The notes under the pieces: generated by a model
The model's database searches: none
What the model saw: the letters and a program-made list of their open reading frames with translations, nothing else
Told to the model about the DNA's origin: nothing
Part shown: piece by piece, positions 36,145 through 46,900 of the stretch
How positions within the stretch are numbered: the first letter of the stretch is position 1
Layout: every line of letters begins with the position of its first letter
IMG/VR virus record: IMGVR_UViG_3300044971_004534
Length of the DNA stretch: 64,000 nt
Reading direction: 5' to 3' (one strand)
From: a virus
Made by a program: the position numbers and the translations under genes

Positions 36145-36422
36145 TATATTATTTAGACGACTTTATGACAAAATTAGTTAAAGCACACAATTATGTGTCT
36201 ACAGATCAAAAAAAATCTGTTGATTTAATTAAAAATGTTATTAAAGAATTTAAACCACAAGACGAAAATGTGCTGTATTTATTAAATTCTGCATGCGAAG
36301 TAGGTTTTGATAGTCCAAAAAAGTTTCAATCCTACATTAAGGAATGCATGGAAGTTGTTGAGAAGAATCACCAATTTATGATAAAATCTTACAAATCAAA
36401 TTCTAAATCCAATGGAAGATAA
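36141..36422 (+). CDS. hypothetical protein
   Basis: 93-aa ORF with an ATGA junction. Confidence 0.45.
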   Translation: MIYYLDDFMTKLVKAHNYVSTDQKKSVDLIKNVIKEFKPQDENVLYLLNSACEVGFDSPKKFQSYIKECMEVVEKNHQFMIKSYKSNSKSNGR

Positions 36423-37041
36423 AGCTCTTAAAACAATCAATATACTTGCAAAAAATAAGGCAGAGTCAGTAATTATTAAAAGTAATTGCAAGTTATGCAA
36501 TAGTGCATTCAGGCAAGAAGCAGAAGAGACATATTGTCATGAAAAAAGCTTCACATCTGTATTTAGATTTTTAAAATCTAATAATGAGGAAATCTCTATT
36601 CCTGCAATACGATCTCATATGATGAATCATTTTGTGGATGTTAACAGGCAAGAGAAGATGAAAGAATATGTAGAAGATCTTGAAAAGTGGAAATCTATAT
36701 CTGCCAGTAAAACAGAAAGACTGCATACATATTTATCTATTGTAGAAAAAAGAATATTTCAACTTGCAAGCGCAATAGATGAAAAAACAGACCAAGAAAG
36801 TATTAAGCAAACAGAAGTATTAAATAAGCTGATTGATCAGGCAAGTAGCTTACAGTCGGCATTATCAGAAGAAACGGAAAGAATAGAGCCAGCCAGAATT
36901 GTAATAAAGAAGTTGCAAGAAATAATTGAAATAAGAGTAAGAAGCAGTAAAAGTCCAGAACTTAAAAATGTTCTTATTGATTTGGTTTCTGATTTACAGG
37001 GAAATATAGGAGGATTACTAGAAAATGGAAAACATGAATAA
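36412..37041 (+). CDS. hypothetical protein (CxxC...H motif plus coiled coil)
   Basis: 209 aa with CKLCNS...CHEK near the N-terminus and a coiled-coil C-terminal half. Confidence 0.5.
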   Translation: MEDKALKTINILAKNKAESVIIKSNCKLCNSAFRQEAEETYCHEKSFTSVFRFLKSNNEEISIPAIRSHMMNHFVDVNRQEKMKEYVEDLEKWKSISASKTERLHTYLSIVEKRIFQLASAIDEKTDQESIKQTEVLNKLIDQASSLQSALSEETERIEPARIVIKKLQEIIEIRVRSSKSPELKNVLIDLVSDLQGNIGGLLENGKHE

Positions 37042-37222
37042 TCAAAAAATCAATTTACTTAAAAAGATAGCAGAGCTTAGACAGTCTATAGGTGGCAATA
37101 AGCCTGTTTCTGGTCCCACAAACGCCCCAAAACCCTCTACTCCAGCTGATCAAAAAACAAATAATAACACGAATAATGGATCAAGGGGTTGCGGTGCATG
37201 TTCTCGTAAAAAGAATTCATGA
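37025..37222 (+). CDS. hypothetical small protein
   Basis: 65 aa with a Pro/Asn-rich centre, ending in GCGACSRKKNS. Confidence 0.4.
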   Translation: MENMNNQKINLLKKIAELRQSIGGNKPVSGPTNAPKPSTPADQKTNNNTNNGSRGCGACSRKKNS

Positions 37223-38115
37223 TAGAAGATATAATAAGCGCTTTTAATTCAAAGCGAGATATTTTTGTATCCCCAGAAGATGCTGCTTCTATAATGGAGG
37301 CAGTTAGCCTTTTTATTGATAATGAGCATATAAAGGACAATAGGGTGGCTCGTTTGCCAGAACGCCTTTCTCAGGGCGATTTAGTGGGAGAGTACGTGTA
37401 TGTCCCATTAACTATTTTGGACGTATCAGTATCTTTGGCCATAGATCAGAAATTGTCAGGTCAAACAGTAATGGGGTCAACTCTTTCTAAAATATCTTCT
37501 TTGTCCAATACGGATATGCTATTGTGCAAAATTAATAGAAAAGATTTAGTGCATAAGGACTTTGGTACTGTATGTCTTCTTAATAAGGGTATCCCTAATT
37601 TTAGGGCCCGCTGTGAAAGCATAGTGGTAATGAACGATCATCCACTAGAAGAAATTACTAGATTTACAAAAAGCAAAGAATTTAATGTAGAAATTCTTAT
37701 AATGCGTGATGAAGAAAAATGGAGATATCATAAGTTTACTTTTGCTGGTCAAAATGGTAATATTAATGTAGAAGAAAAAAATGTTATGTCTGCACTTAAA
37801 AAGTATGCGCACCAAGTCCAAGAAGATTTTGAGTCACTTTCTCATGACCCACTAAAGGTGGCGCAAGCTTTAATTTCTGTAGACGTAAACAAAGAGGGGT
37901 TAAGCGAATTACTTAGATATATTGCGGGTGGAAACAAAATAGTTCATGTGGGCTCTAAGGTTGTAGCAAAGCCTACTAATTTGATGAAAAGCAAGTCTGT
38001 AGGTACAGTTGTAGGTAAATCAGCTAATGTTATTAACGTTAAATGGGATGCTGGTTTTATGAAATACAACTTAGATGATCCAAAAACATATTTTTTAATA
38101 GAGTTTGTTGACTAA
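37219..38115 (+). CDS. hypothetical protein, translationally coupled to the giant-gene block
   Basis: 298-aa ORF with an ATGA junction upstream and a TAATG junction to the 1946-aa gene. Confidence 0.55.
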   Translation: MIEDIISAFNSKRDIFVSPEDAASIMEAVSLFIDNEHIKDNRVARLPERLSQGDLVGEYVYVPLTILDVSVSLAIDQKLSGQTVMGSTLSKISSLSNTDMLLCKINRKDLVHKDFGTVCLLNKGIPNFRARCESIVVMNDHPLEEITRFTKSKEFNVEILIMRDEEKWRYHKFTFAGQNGNINVEEKNVMSALKKYAHQVQEDFESLSHDPLKVAQALISVDVNKEGLSELLRYIAGGNKIVHVGSKVVAKPTNLMKSKSVGTVVGKSANVINVKWDAGFMKYNLDDPKTYFLIEFVD

Positions 38116-41100
38116 TGAATAAGTCTTATAATGCATATGATACTGTAGCGATAGGTATAAGCCAGAACAAGGCTAAGGTGTACTATCAAAAGCTATTAAA
38201 AAATGGAGACAATCTAGAAATAGGTACTGCATTTTCAAGTTGTGAAAAAGTTGTTTTAGATATAAAGTCTTTAGTTAATGCTCAATATGCGCCTGATGGC
38301 AAAGCTACCAAAGAAAGTGTGCATTATTTACTTAATGAAGAAAATCCATTTGACATTATTATTCCATACAGTAACGCACCAAAAAATGCAAGACAAATTA
38401 AAGGCTACATATCTTACAGTAGAAGCAAAAATATAATAGAAATTAACACTAGGTCTATATTTAATAATGGATTTTTTAAATTTAATTTAAAACTTAATTT
38501 TACATCAGATGGAATTACTCGTGGTAAAGTGGTGAAGCAAAAGCCAGTTATGGAGATTACTCCAACAAAAGTGGCAGAAAATCTATTTGACGGATTAAAT
38601 TTAAGGGTTGATAAAAAAGGTGCAAAAGATGATGCTTTAGTTATTGATGAATTCAAAAGGTTCTCTCAAAACAGATTGATAAATTTTTCTGCTCAAGATG
38701 AATACTTTGGATGCGACAGGTACAATGTTCAATACTCTGGATCTGGCGAATTCGTTTTTGATGATGAGGTAAACTTAAAAAATGTGATTATCAAAAACAA
38801 GGCTACTGTTTCTGTTCCATCTGGCTTTCCATTAATATCGGTTATTGACAGAGCCGAAAGTCCTGTTTTAGAAAATGGATTGTTTTACAGAAGGAACAGT
38901 CCTCAATTAGACAGTTCCGTTGTGCACAAACAGTATTTTGACTCTAATGGGGTAGCTTTTTACGATCAGGTAATTACTAGAGGTCTTAAGTCAGCAAGTG
39001 GTGGAGGCGGAAGAAATCATCCTCTTATACACGTCAGAAACATATTTAATTCTGTTGGTAATTATGAAGATGTTCCAATTTTGCATTTTAGAAGAGAATA
39101 TGCAGAAAAAGAAGACAATAAAAATGGCAAAGCGCCATATCACTTTTATTTTTGTCCAAAATATGTTCTTCCCAGTGAGTCTCTTGCTAGTCCTATTGAG
39201 ATGAGAGTAAAGCAATCCGCATTAAATCGTATTGAATTTTCTTTTTCAATTGGTGAAAGATCATTAAATAAAATAGTTTTAAACAGTAAAACTACTGTTT
39301 ATTCTGATGCTGGAAATAAATTCTATTATGGTTCATTAGAGATTGATGTAACTAATGCTACGCAAAATATAAGACTTCCTTATGGTCGATCTAAAGTATT
39401 TTATTCAGATACAATATCAAGTACTCCATTAACTGATCCAGAATATGGATTAACAATCATGGATGTTCTGCATGCTTTGCAAAATAATGTATCCGGCAAG
39501 GTAAATGTGCTAACGGTAGAAGGGACTGGAGGCGGAACTCATGCAGGATTTGTGCCTACTTTTTCTGAGATTGGTATTTTTTCTCCATCTCCAAATGATC
39601 CGGTAGTAGAGTTTATTGAAGGCCATGACTTTATGGGCTGTGCCATGATGCCTGCAGCGCGCATGTGGAATGGCAATGCTGATAATTCGTACCTTACTGC
39701 ATCTGCAGAAGAGTCTGTCGGCGTAACAATTGAAAAAGGAGCTAGATCTGGACGTATATACACAAGAGGACTGGCTCATCATGTTGATTTAGATAATTAT
39801 GTGGCAATTGCCCCATTGTGTAGAGCATTTACTACTCCATTTGTTCGCGGTGAAATTAAATCGTTTCAAAATCATCTTGAAGATGACGATTTTAAACCAA
39901 TTGAATCTGGAGGAAAAGGCTATAACCGATTCTACAAATACAACACTATAAAAAAGAGTATAGAGGTAATGGCTTTTGGTGAAAACTATTTTACCTCCAT
40001 ACTAAATTTGCCACCTAATGAGTCTGAAGCTATGCTGGTAGGTGGACCTGCAAGTAGATCTTTGGGCTTTGGCAAGCTGAGAAAGCTTGTTGGTGCTTCT
40101 CAAATTGGAGTTGCTTTTGATTTTTTAGGAAAAACATATAAAGATCAAAACGGATTTTTTGAAACTACTCCTGCATACATAATGTCTCACATAGGTTTTG
40201 GTGAGCCAAGTGCAATACAATCTGAAAATTTGGTTAAAAAACTTTCAGATTTTTCTGGTGGTTCCAATTTTATATCTTTGCAGTATAAAAATGCCAAAAT
40301 GTTTCCAGGCATAAGCTCTCACAGAGCTTCTGAATATGTGCCAAATCCCAAAAGATACGGAATTAATGCTTACGGAGAAGATATTAAAAATTTATACAAT
40401 GGCGGTATATTTTCTTCGCTTTACACTACTTCAGGTCTTGGTTCTCATATAGAAGTTGAAAACACTGCAGCAAATAAGGACTCTGCATACTACTCACTTT
40501 CTTTAGACCCATTTATATTTGATAATAATGCACTTTTGTGCTATGAGGGTGGTTCTGAATCTGAATCTCCTAAAAGAAGAATAGAGTTATCTCCATGCAT
40601 GAAGTGGATAGATAATGCTCCAGAAAAATCAAAAATTATTTGTGCTTTCTTAAGAAAAGAAATGATTGATTGGGGTAAGGATCGTGGCTGGTCTGCTGGC
40701 AAAACATTAAGCTTTAGTTTTTATTCTTATAGAAGAGATAAAAATACCAACGGAATATTGTCTATCACTGGAAGCGGAAACAAAGATGTGATTTCGTATT
40801 TAAACTATGATGTAGCTACAAAAAATATTTCTTATTCTGACAATTTAGGATCTAGTACTTTTATTGGCAATACGTTGCAGTCTTTTGTTGATGCTCATGC
40901 TTCTACTTTTAATGGTCTTTTAAGCATAGAGGCAAAGCCTGTAATAAGGGCAACTGATGTAATGCCTTATGAAGATTTTGTTTTCAATACTTCTATAACA
41001 AATATTCAAGGCAAAAGACCAGTTGTAGAAATTACATCAGAAGAGCCATACGCCTATCCATACAGTTCATATCCATATGGGGTTCAGTCAGAAAACCCTT

Positions 41101-43955
41101 ATGCTTCTTCATTGTTTAATTTTGTTAGTAATAATTTTTACTCCGAAAATATAGGAACTTTTGAGATACTTTCTAATCCATATAGCTCTTCCTATGATTA
41201 TCCTTATGATGCATACTACGCTGAACCTTATTACATTGAACCATACGTTAATCCATACGAGCCTGCTCCAAAAGTATTAGAAACTGGATTGTTGATGATC
41301 TATAGGAATACTGTTATTCCCAGTATAAAGTCTGGATTTAATTTGCAAATAGATATGATACAGCAGAATAAGTATCCAAGATCTTATAAATTTTACTTAA
41401 ATAATCCGAAGTATAATTCTTTAGATGATCTTATACATGATGTAAATGACAGACTTTCTGAGTTTGGCATTGTAGCAAATTCTTTAGTTGAAAATCCAAA
41501 AGCATATTCTACTAGCAGACTATTTGCTCAAGAGCCAAAAAAAATCGTAGAAGCTAATTATGTATTTAAGAAAGTTTACCCATTTGTAAGGCCGTCTAGT
41601 TTTTCTGCTACTACTACAGAATTACAAGCTGGTCCCTATGACGCTGTTTCAGATATTGTTATTAATGAATATGGCGCATTATTGGATGATAGCATGCTAT
41701 CAAGTGTTTCTGAAAATTCAGAATCGGTATTGGAGTTTACGCCTAACTATGATGTTGTTTCAAATCCATATTACGATATTTCATCTTTAGAAAATGCCTA
41801 CATAAGTCCATATGAATATCCTCAATTCCAGCAAACTTTTGCTGTTGAATCTTTTGGAAAATTACCGATTGTTGAAACTGAAATTATTACTCCAGAAATA
41901 GGAGCGGTAACTTTTGAAAGAATTAGGGTTTCTGAATCTAGTAAGGGCTCTATTGATATAGAATACGATACTTATGATTCTCAGTATTCACAACCTGACA
42001 ATATTAACATAGCGTTTGTGTCAAAATCTACAAATTATAGTGCAGCAAAAAATCAACAAATTTACACCAATAGACCAAGATATACTGTTGGTGCAAGTGA
42101 TTTAAAGGAAAATAGTATTGCTATTGCTTCATCAGTAATGGAAGACGAAAACAGATTTGTTGAATCATCTGATTTAATAAGCAATAATACGATAGATCAA
42201 GATTATTCAAACACAAGTTTTGTTCAAAAATCTCTACTATTACCACCAAATGTTGTCGCATTAGAGGTCGCATATGGTGGATATATATCTAATGGAGTTG
42301 TCAGCACAAATGTTGCTCCAAACACATATTTCTCTAATTATCAACAAAGCGGAATTGGAGATGTTCAGTTTAGAACTATTGATGCAGATTTTGCTTTAGT
42401 TCTTGTTCGTATAGCATATAATGATGGAAAATACGGACCAAATAATGCTGCTGCTGATGACATCGCTTCTATGATAAAAGCGACTGTAAACTATAATTCT
42501 CCTGTAGATCCTGAGTACGTGGTTGGAGAATTTGCTCCTGGAGACACAGTAGAAACTGTGGAATTTATAAATTCTGAAAATGTAACTGAAACCTATCTAG
42601 TATTCCCTATTATGTTAAAAATTCCACTTAAATCTACCGTAAGCTATGTAAACATAAATATGGAAAATGTTGGACTTTCTACATCTGTAAAAATTATAGA
42701 TGCTCCATCTGAACTTAATAACTTTGGGTTTTTGGCAATCAACAAAAATAATCCTAATTATGATATGAAGTCTTCTAAAGACGGCAGAACCTTTGGACTG
42801 GTGCTCGACAATTATGGATTCTGGGATATTTTGATTGCTCCAGAAGGTGTTCTTCAAACATCTGATGCTGGTGAATTTACTTTTAATGGAAGAGGTTATT
42901 CTAGGACGGTTGTTGATACAGATGATAGATTTGTTGCAGGAATAGGGACTCCTATTATAAATGATGTTGATAATGACATAACTGGATTTGACAAGTCCAT
43001 GATACCTGAATCTATTAGGAACAGCATAACTCTCATTCCAGTTCCTGGTTATCAACAAGTTTGGGTTTTGAGAATTGATCCTGCGGTAAAATCTTATCTT
43101 GTGGCAAGAAGAAAAGCTGCTGGGGGATTGAGTCAAGATGGGTGCTATGTTGATATTCCAATATATTTTCAGGCTAATATTACAGAAGCTTCAGGCACTT
43201 GCAATGTTAGAATATTTAATAATGTAAGCTGTGTTTTTGATTATAATTTCTGTGATTTTTTCTGGAATCTTGGCTCTCCACTTCAGCCACCTTCCGCATT
43301 TGTTATACAGGATTCTATAGAAGTAAATTTTATAGAATACATCAATTGTGATTCAGTTGCCAGAATCATAGAGGAAGATGGCATTCAAAAAGTTGAAATT
43401 ACAAGTTACTTCATAATGAACATTGACAAAATACCGATGCTTGACAACGGGACTTCTTTGTTGCTTATAAAGACAAATACTGCAGAAACTCAAGTAAGGG
43501 AAATATTTACCCCAAACAGTGACACAATAGGCCAGCTAAGGACGCCAACTGCCGTCAATCAACAAAGACCATGGGAATTTGACTGCAGTTTTATACCTGG
43601 TGTTGATAAGATTAACAAAACCACTTTGTACACAAATCCTCAAAATTATTTAGAATATACAATAGCAAGTGCTGAAATAGCAAGGGGCATCAATACTTTA
43701 AGCAGATTTATGCTTGTTCAGCCAAAAACAAAGTTCCCTTTATTCGATGAGTTTGGAATGAGTTCTGCAACAGAAAGAGTAATAGCAAGCATAGGATTTG
43801 TATTCAAAGACTGGAAGCCTTCTGCTACAGATTTTTGGCAAGATAGAATGATATTTGGTATAAAATTTGTAATTCCAACTGGGCAGACACAGCCTAATTT
43901 ATTACAAAATTTTTCGATAAGATTCTTATACAATGAAGATAGACGTTTATTATGA
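38115..43955 (+). CDS. giant protein 1 (1946 aa), putative virion fibre/surface protein
   Basis: Uninterrupted 5.8-kb ORF. Asn/Ser/Tyr-rich beta-type composition. Contains a Tyr/Pro-rich PY-repeat segment. No enzymatic motif recognised. ATGA junction to the next giant gene. Confidence 0.8.
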   Translation: MNKSYNAYDTVAIGISQNKAKVYYQKLLKNGDNLEIGTAFSSCEKVVLDIKSLVNAQYAPDGKATKESVHYLLNEENPFDIIIPYSNAPKNARQIKGYISYSRSKNIIEINTRSIFNNGFFKFNLKLNFTSDGITRGKVVKQKPVMEITPTKVAENLFDGLNLRVDKKGAKDDALVIDEFKRFSQNRLINFSAQDEYFGCDRYNVQYSGSGEFVFDDEVNLKNVIIKNKATVSVPSGFPLISVIDRAESPVLENGLFYRRNSPQLDSSVVHKQYFDSNGVAFYDQVITRGLKSASGGGGRNHPLIHVRNIFNSVGNYEDVPILHFRREYAEKEDNKNGKAPYHFYFCPKYVLPSESLASPIEMRVKQSALNRIEFSFSIGERSLNKIVLNSKTTVYSDAGNKFYYGSLEIDVTNATQNIRLPYGRSKVFYSDTISSTPLTDPEYGLTIMDVLHALQNNVSGKVNVLTVEGTGGGTHAGFVPTFSEIGIFSPSPNDPVVEFIEGHDFMGCAMMPAARMWNGNADNSYLTASAEESVGVTIEKGARSGRIYTRGLAHHVDLDNYVAIAPLCRAFTTPFVRGEIKSFQNHLEDDDFKPIESGGKGYNRFYKYNTIKKSIEVMAFGENYFTSILNLPPNESEAMLVGGPASRSLGFGKLRKLVGASQIGVAFDFLGKTYKDQNGFFETTPAYIMSHIGFGEPSAIQSENLVKKLSDFSGGSNFISLQYKNAKMFPGISSHRASEYVPNPKRYGINAYGEDIKNLYNGGIFSSLYTTSGLGSHIEVENTAANKDSAYYSLSLDPFIFDNNALLCYEGGSESESPKRRIELSPCMKWIDNAPEKSKIICAFLRKEMIDWGKDRGWSAGKTLSFSFYSYRRDKNTNGILSITGSGNKDVISYLNYDVATKNISYSDNLGSSTFIGNTLQSFVDAHASTFNGLLSIEAKPVIRATDVMPYEDFVFNTSITNIQGKRPVVEITSEEPYAYPYSSYPYGVQSENPYASSLFNFVSNNFYSENIGTFEILSNPYSSSYDYPYDAYYAEPYYIEPYVNPYEPAPKVLETGLLMIYRNTVIPSIKSGFNLQIDMIQQNKYPRSYKFYLNNPKYNSLDDLIHDVNDRLSEFGIVANSLVENPKAYSTSRLFAQEPKKIVEANYVFKKVYPFVRPSSFSATTTELQAGPYDAVSDIVINEYGALLDDSMLSSVSENSESVLEFTPNYDVVSNPYYDISSLENAYISPYEYPQFQQTFAVESFGKLPIVETEIITPEIGAVTFERIRVSESSKGSIDIEYDTYDSQYSQPDNINIAFVSKSTNYSAAKNQQIYTNRPRYTVGASDLKENSIAIASSVMEDENRFVESSDLISNNTIDQDYSNTSFVQKSLLLPPNVVALEVAYGGYISNGVVSTNVAPNTYFSNYQQSGIGDVQFRTIDADFALVLVRIAYNDGKYGPNNAAADDIASMIKATVNYNSPVDPEYVVGEFAPGDTVETVEFINSENVTETYLVFPIMLKIPLKSTVSYVNINMENVGLSTSVKIIDAPSELNNFGFLAINKNNPNYDMKSSKDGRTFGLVLDNYGFWDILIAPEGVLQTSDAGEFTFNGRGYSRTVVDTDDRFVAGIGTPIINDVDNDITGFDKSMIPESIRNSITLIPVPGYQQVWVLRIDPAVKSYLVARRKAAGGLSQDGCYVDIPIYFQANITEASGTCNVRIFNNVSCVFDYNFCDFFWNLGSPLQPPSAFVIQDSIEVNFIEYINCDSVARIIEEDGIQKVEITSYFIMNIDKIPMLDNGTSLLLIKTNTAETQVREIFTPNSDTIGQLRTPTAVNQQRPWEFDCSFIPGVDKINKTTLYTNPQNYLEYTIASAEIARGINTLSRFMLVQPKTKFPLFDEFGMSSATERVIASIGFVFKDWKPSATDFWQDRMIFGIKFVIPTGQTQPNLLQNFSIRFLYNEDRRLL

Positions 43956-46900
43956 TAAAGATTAGAAAAATCATATATTGGCATTTTGCTGTTTATGGTG
44001 GAGATGCCGAAACAATAGATCCAGAAAACTTGCCAAGTGATTCCATATCTACTCTTGATATGGGATTGAACGAGGCCAATCCCATTATAGTCAATGGTGC
44101 TCCTAACGTAAGAGCCTTTTCTGTTTCTACTGGGTATGAGTGGCTTATTGACATTTTTGTTCAAGACGGCCAGACTAAAGATCTTAATGATGAAAACAAA
44201 AGAACTACTATTCGCTCTAATAATCCAGTGGCTTCTCCTGGATTTGTTTGGTTTGACTTGGCAGTTGTTGAGCTAAAGGCTGTTTTCGGAAATCCAATTG
44301 TTGTTGAGTCTTTAGAGCAGTTAAGTCTTGTTAAAGATGACAATAATGATGGAGTAAGAATACCAGTTAAGTACATGCTGTTCGGAGCTCATAAAGAGGG
44401 CGAGACGGGTGCTCAGCTGAGAAATGAGCCAGATGCATTCTTTGACGCCACAAACATACCTAATGAAGTTAGTTCAGAGGGAGATCAAGGTCATCAAGAG
44501 TTTGTAGAAGCAATTTCTTCAAAAACATTTGTAGACGAAGATGGAGTGCCTAATAGTTTTTTCATAAACATTAAACATCAAGAAGAAGTGACAAAAATTG
44601 GTTGCTGCAACATAGATGTGTCAGAAAGTTCTTCTTCTAGTTCTTCAGCAGATTCCAGTTCTTCCTCATCTGAAGATGGCGCTTCTTCTTCTAGTAGCAG
44701 TAGTAGTACTGACACTGGATCAGAGTCTTGTCCTTCTGGTTTAACTCTCAGGTCTCAACCTGTTATGCATGACGGGAATAGAAGAGTCTGGGCAGTCAGG
44801 CAAACTGCTGATATTCATATTAGCAATAATCCAGTTTATGAAGGTAATTTTTTCGCAGACTCTGGTGTATTGGTTAGAAAAAATTATATAGCATCTGAAT
44901 TGGTATATGCAGACGTTGAAAACGTTTTAAATGGCAACAGTTCTTGGAATTCCACTCATTGGCAGCACGCTGGATATATATCTTTTAGAGAAAATAAACC
45001 ATATGCAATGGGCCTTCATCAAGATCCAGTGTTCAATAAAACAGATTTAAGCTACAGCTCTGGTAATTTGTGTGCTTATCATGCATATGACGATAATTTT
45101 GAATTGCCAGTCACGATACAGTCAATTACTTGGGATACTCGTGGTTATTTATGGGCTTTATGCAGTGGAGGTGCAAAAGATGCTACCCCAGACAGTGGTA
45201 CAACTGTCAGTGGAGTTCAAAGTACTGAGGGTGTTTATGCACTGATACCTGGTGGATGGAAAAAGCAGCCAGCTGACATAATTTATTTTGGAGGCTCAAA
45301 TACTGGCAATACTTTTGAGTACGAAGATCTTAATTCTTCTGCTTTAGTTCTTGCAAGTTTACATATGCGCTGGGGATGTGATCGTAGCAAGAGTAAAGAT
45401 TTCTTAGCTATTGTTGACAATGATTTTCACATTCATATTAAAAAGAATGCTAATTCCAATATAAATTTCCCAGAAGAGCAAAATATAAGAAATGACAACG
45501 GTCTATTGTTGCTTGCAGACAACATATACGCTGGCGTAGAAAAAATATGCGTTGTTGAAGCTGGTACCACTCTGCCATATTTGATATCTTATAGTCAGCT
45601 TGATACTGATTTGAGTAGTTTAATTGCTACTGAGAGAGCAAATAACGTTCGTTATTCTATATTGGCATGTGGTGTAGATTTTATTGTTGGCGTAAGCCAG
45701 AGTAGTCAAATTAAAGTTTTTGTAAATTCGTCAGCAACAAATGTTCCAACACAGGATGACGCTGACGAATTACAGTCTTCTATTAGTACTGATATTACTG
45801 ATGGGTACTCTATAAAGAAAGTTGTTTGTGGTGATTCTTTCTTTGCAGTATATCTCAAGAAAACTTCAGGTGAGTCTAAGTTGTATGCAAGAGGCTATAT
45901 TAAAGATATTAAAATATGGGACGGATCTAATTATGACGCTAATTTTATTAGACCACAATCTTGGGATTTAAGTGAAACTAAGCCAATACTAGATGTTGAG
46001 GCATTTGGAGATTATTTGATTATTGCTTACGCAGAGGGTTTACCATCCGCATCACCCAAGTCTTTGTATTATGAAGTTGCAACAGTGCTTGATGATATTC
46101 CATTACACAATACTGGCTCTGCATCTAGTGCAGCGACATCAAAAATATTGAATTATGAGGTCTTAAATCAATTAAGAAAAATATACATCGATAATGCATC
46201 TAATGACGTTGATAGTTATATAACAAGTTCCAATATTAATCATTTACTTCCATCTAAGGGATTACTTGGTTATAGAAAATTTGAAAATGTAAATAGTGCA
46301 TATGGAAATCTTTTTATACATGAAAATTCAGAGTACTTACATCATCCGTATTTTAGCCAGTCAGGAAGCTTTATTCCAGGAAAGATGGAAGTCAAGTCTG
46401 GCATGTTCGGATACGATATAAGTTCTTTTGGTTGGAATGGCGTTACTTACTTAGCAGTCTCTGCACCCACGGAAGGCCCAGTGTTAAGTGCGCAGAATGG
46501 CGGAGTGCTAGGTCAGCAAGATGGCAAACACGGCAGAGGCGCAGTTTACATATTTAAACGATATGAAAACGGATTTAAGCTTATACAAAAGATACAGCAT
46601 TCAGACACAAGTGTTATAGCTTTTGGAAAACAAGTATGTCTTTATGCAACAAAGAACGCTTCAGACGAAGACGCAATGGCTTTAATATGCTCTTACCGAG
46701 GCAATACTTCTGATTATACCAGAATCTATTATTGGAATTCTGTAGAAGAACTTTTTGAGTGGTCTGAAATGACCGATAGCTTTATTCAGGTTAACCAGTT
46801 GACGCTTTCTCCGTCTACAAGTGATATAAAAATTATTGAGATCAAGAGGATATCAGACCACAATATATCAGTTACATCTTTTGTAAATAATGCAATTGAA

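Noticed and set aside
42615-44164. Minus-strand ORFs of 173 aa (42615-43136) and 148 aa (43718-44164)
   Set aside because: They are fully embedded antisense to the uninterrupted giant genes. Their composition is odd (Ile/Asn/Arg-rich), there is no SD, and every convincing gene is on the + strand.
45500-46050. Possible RCC1-like repeats in giant protein 2 (ILACGVDFIVGV, VVCGDSFFAVYL, VEAFGDYLIIAY)
   Set aside because: There are only three weak matches, without the GxxGQLG turns. That is insufficient to call a domain.
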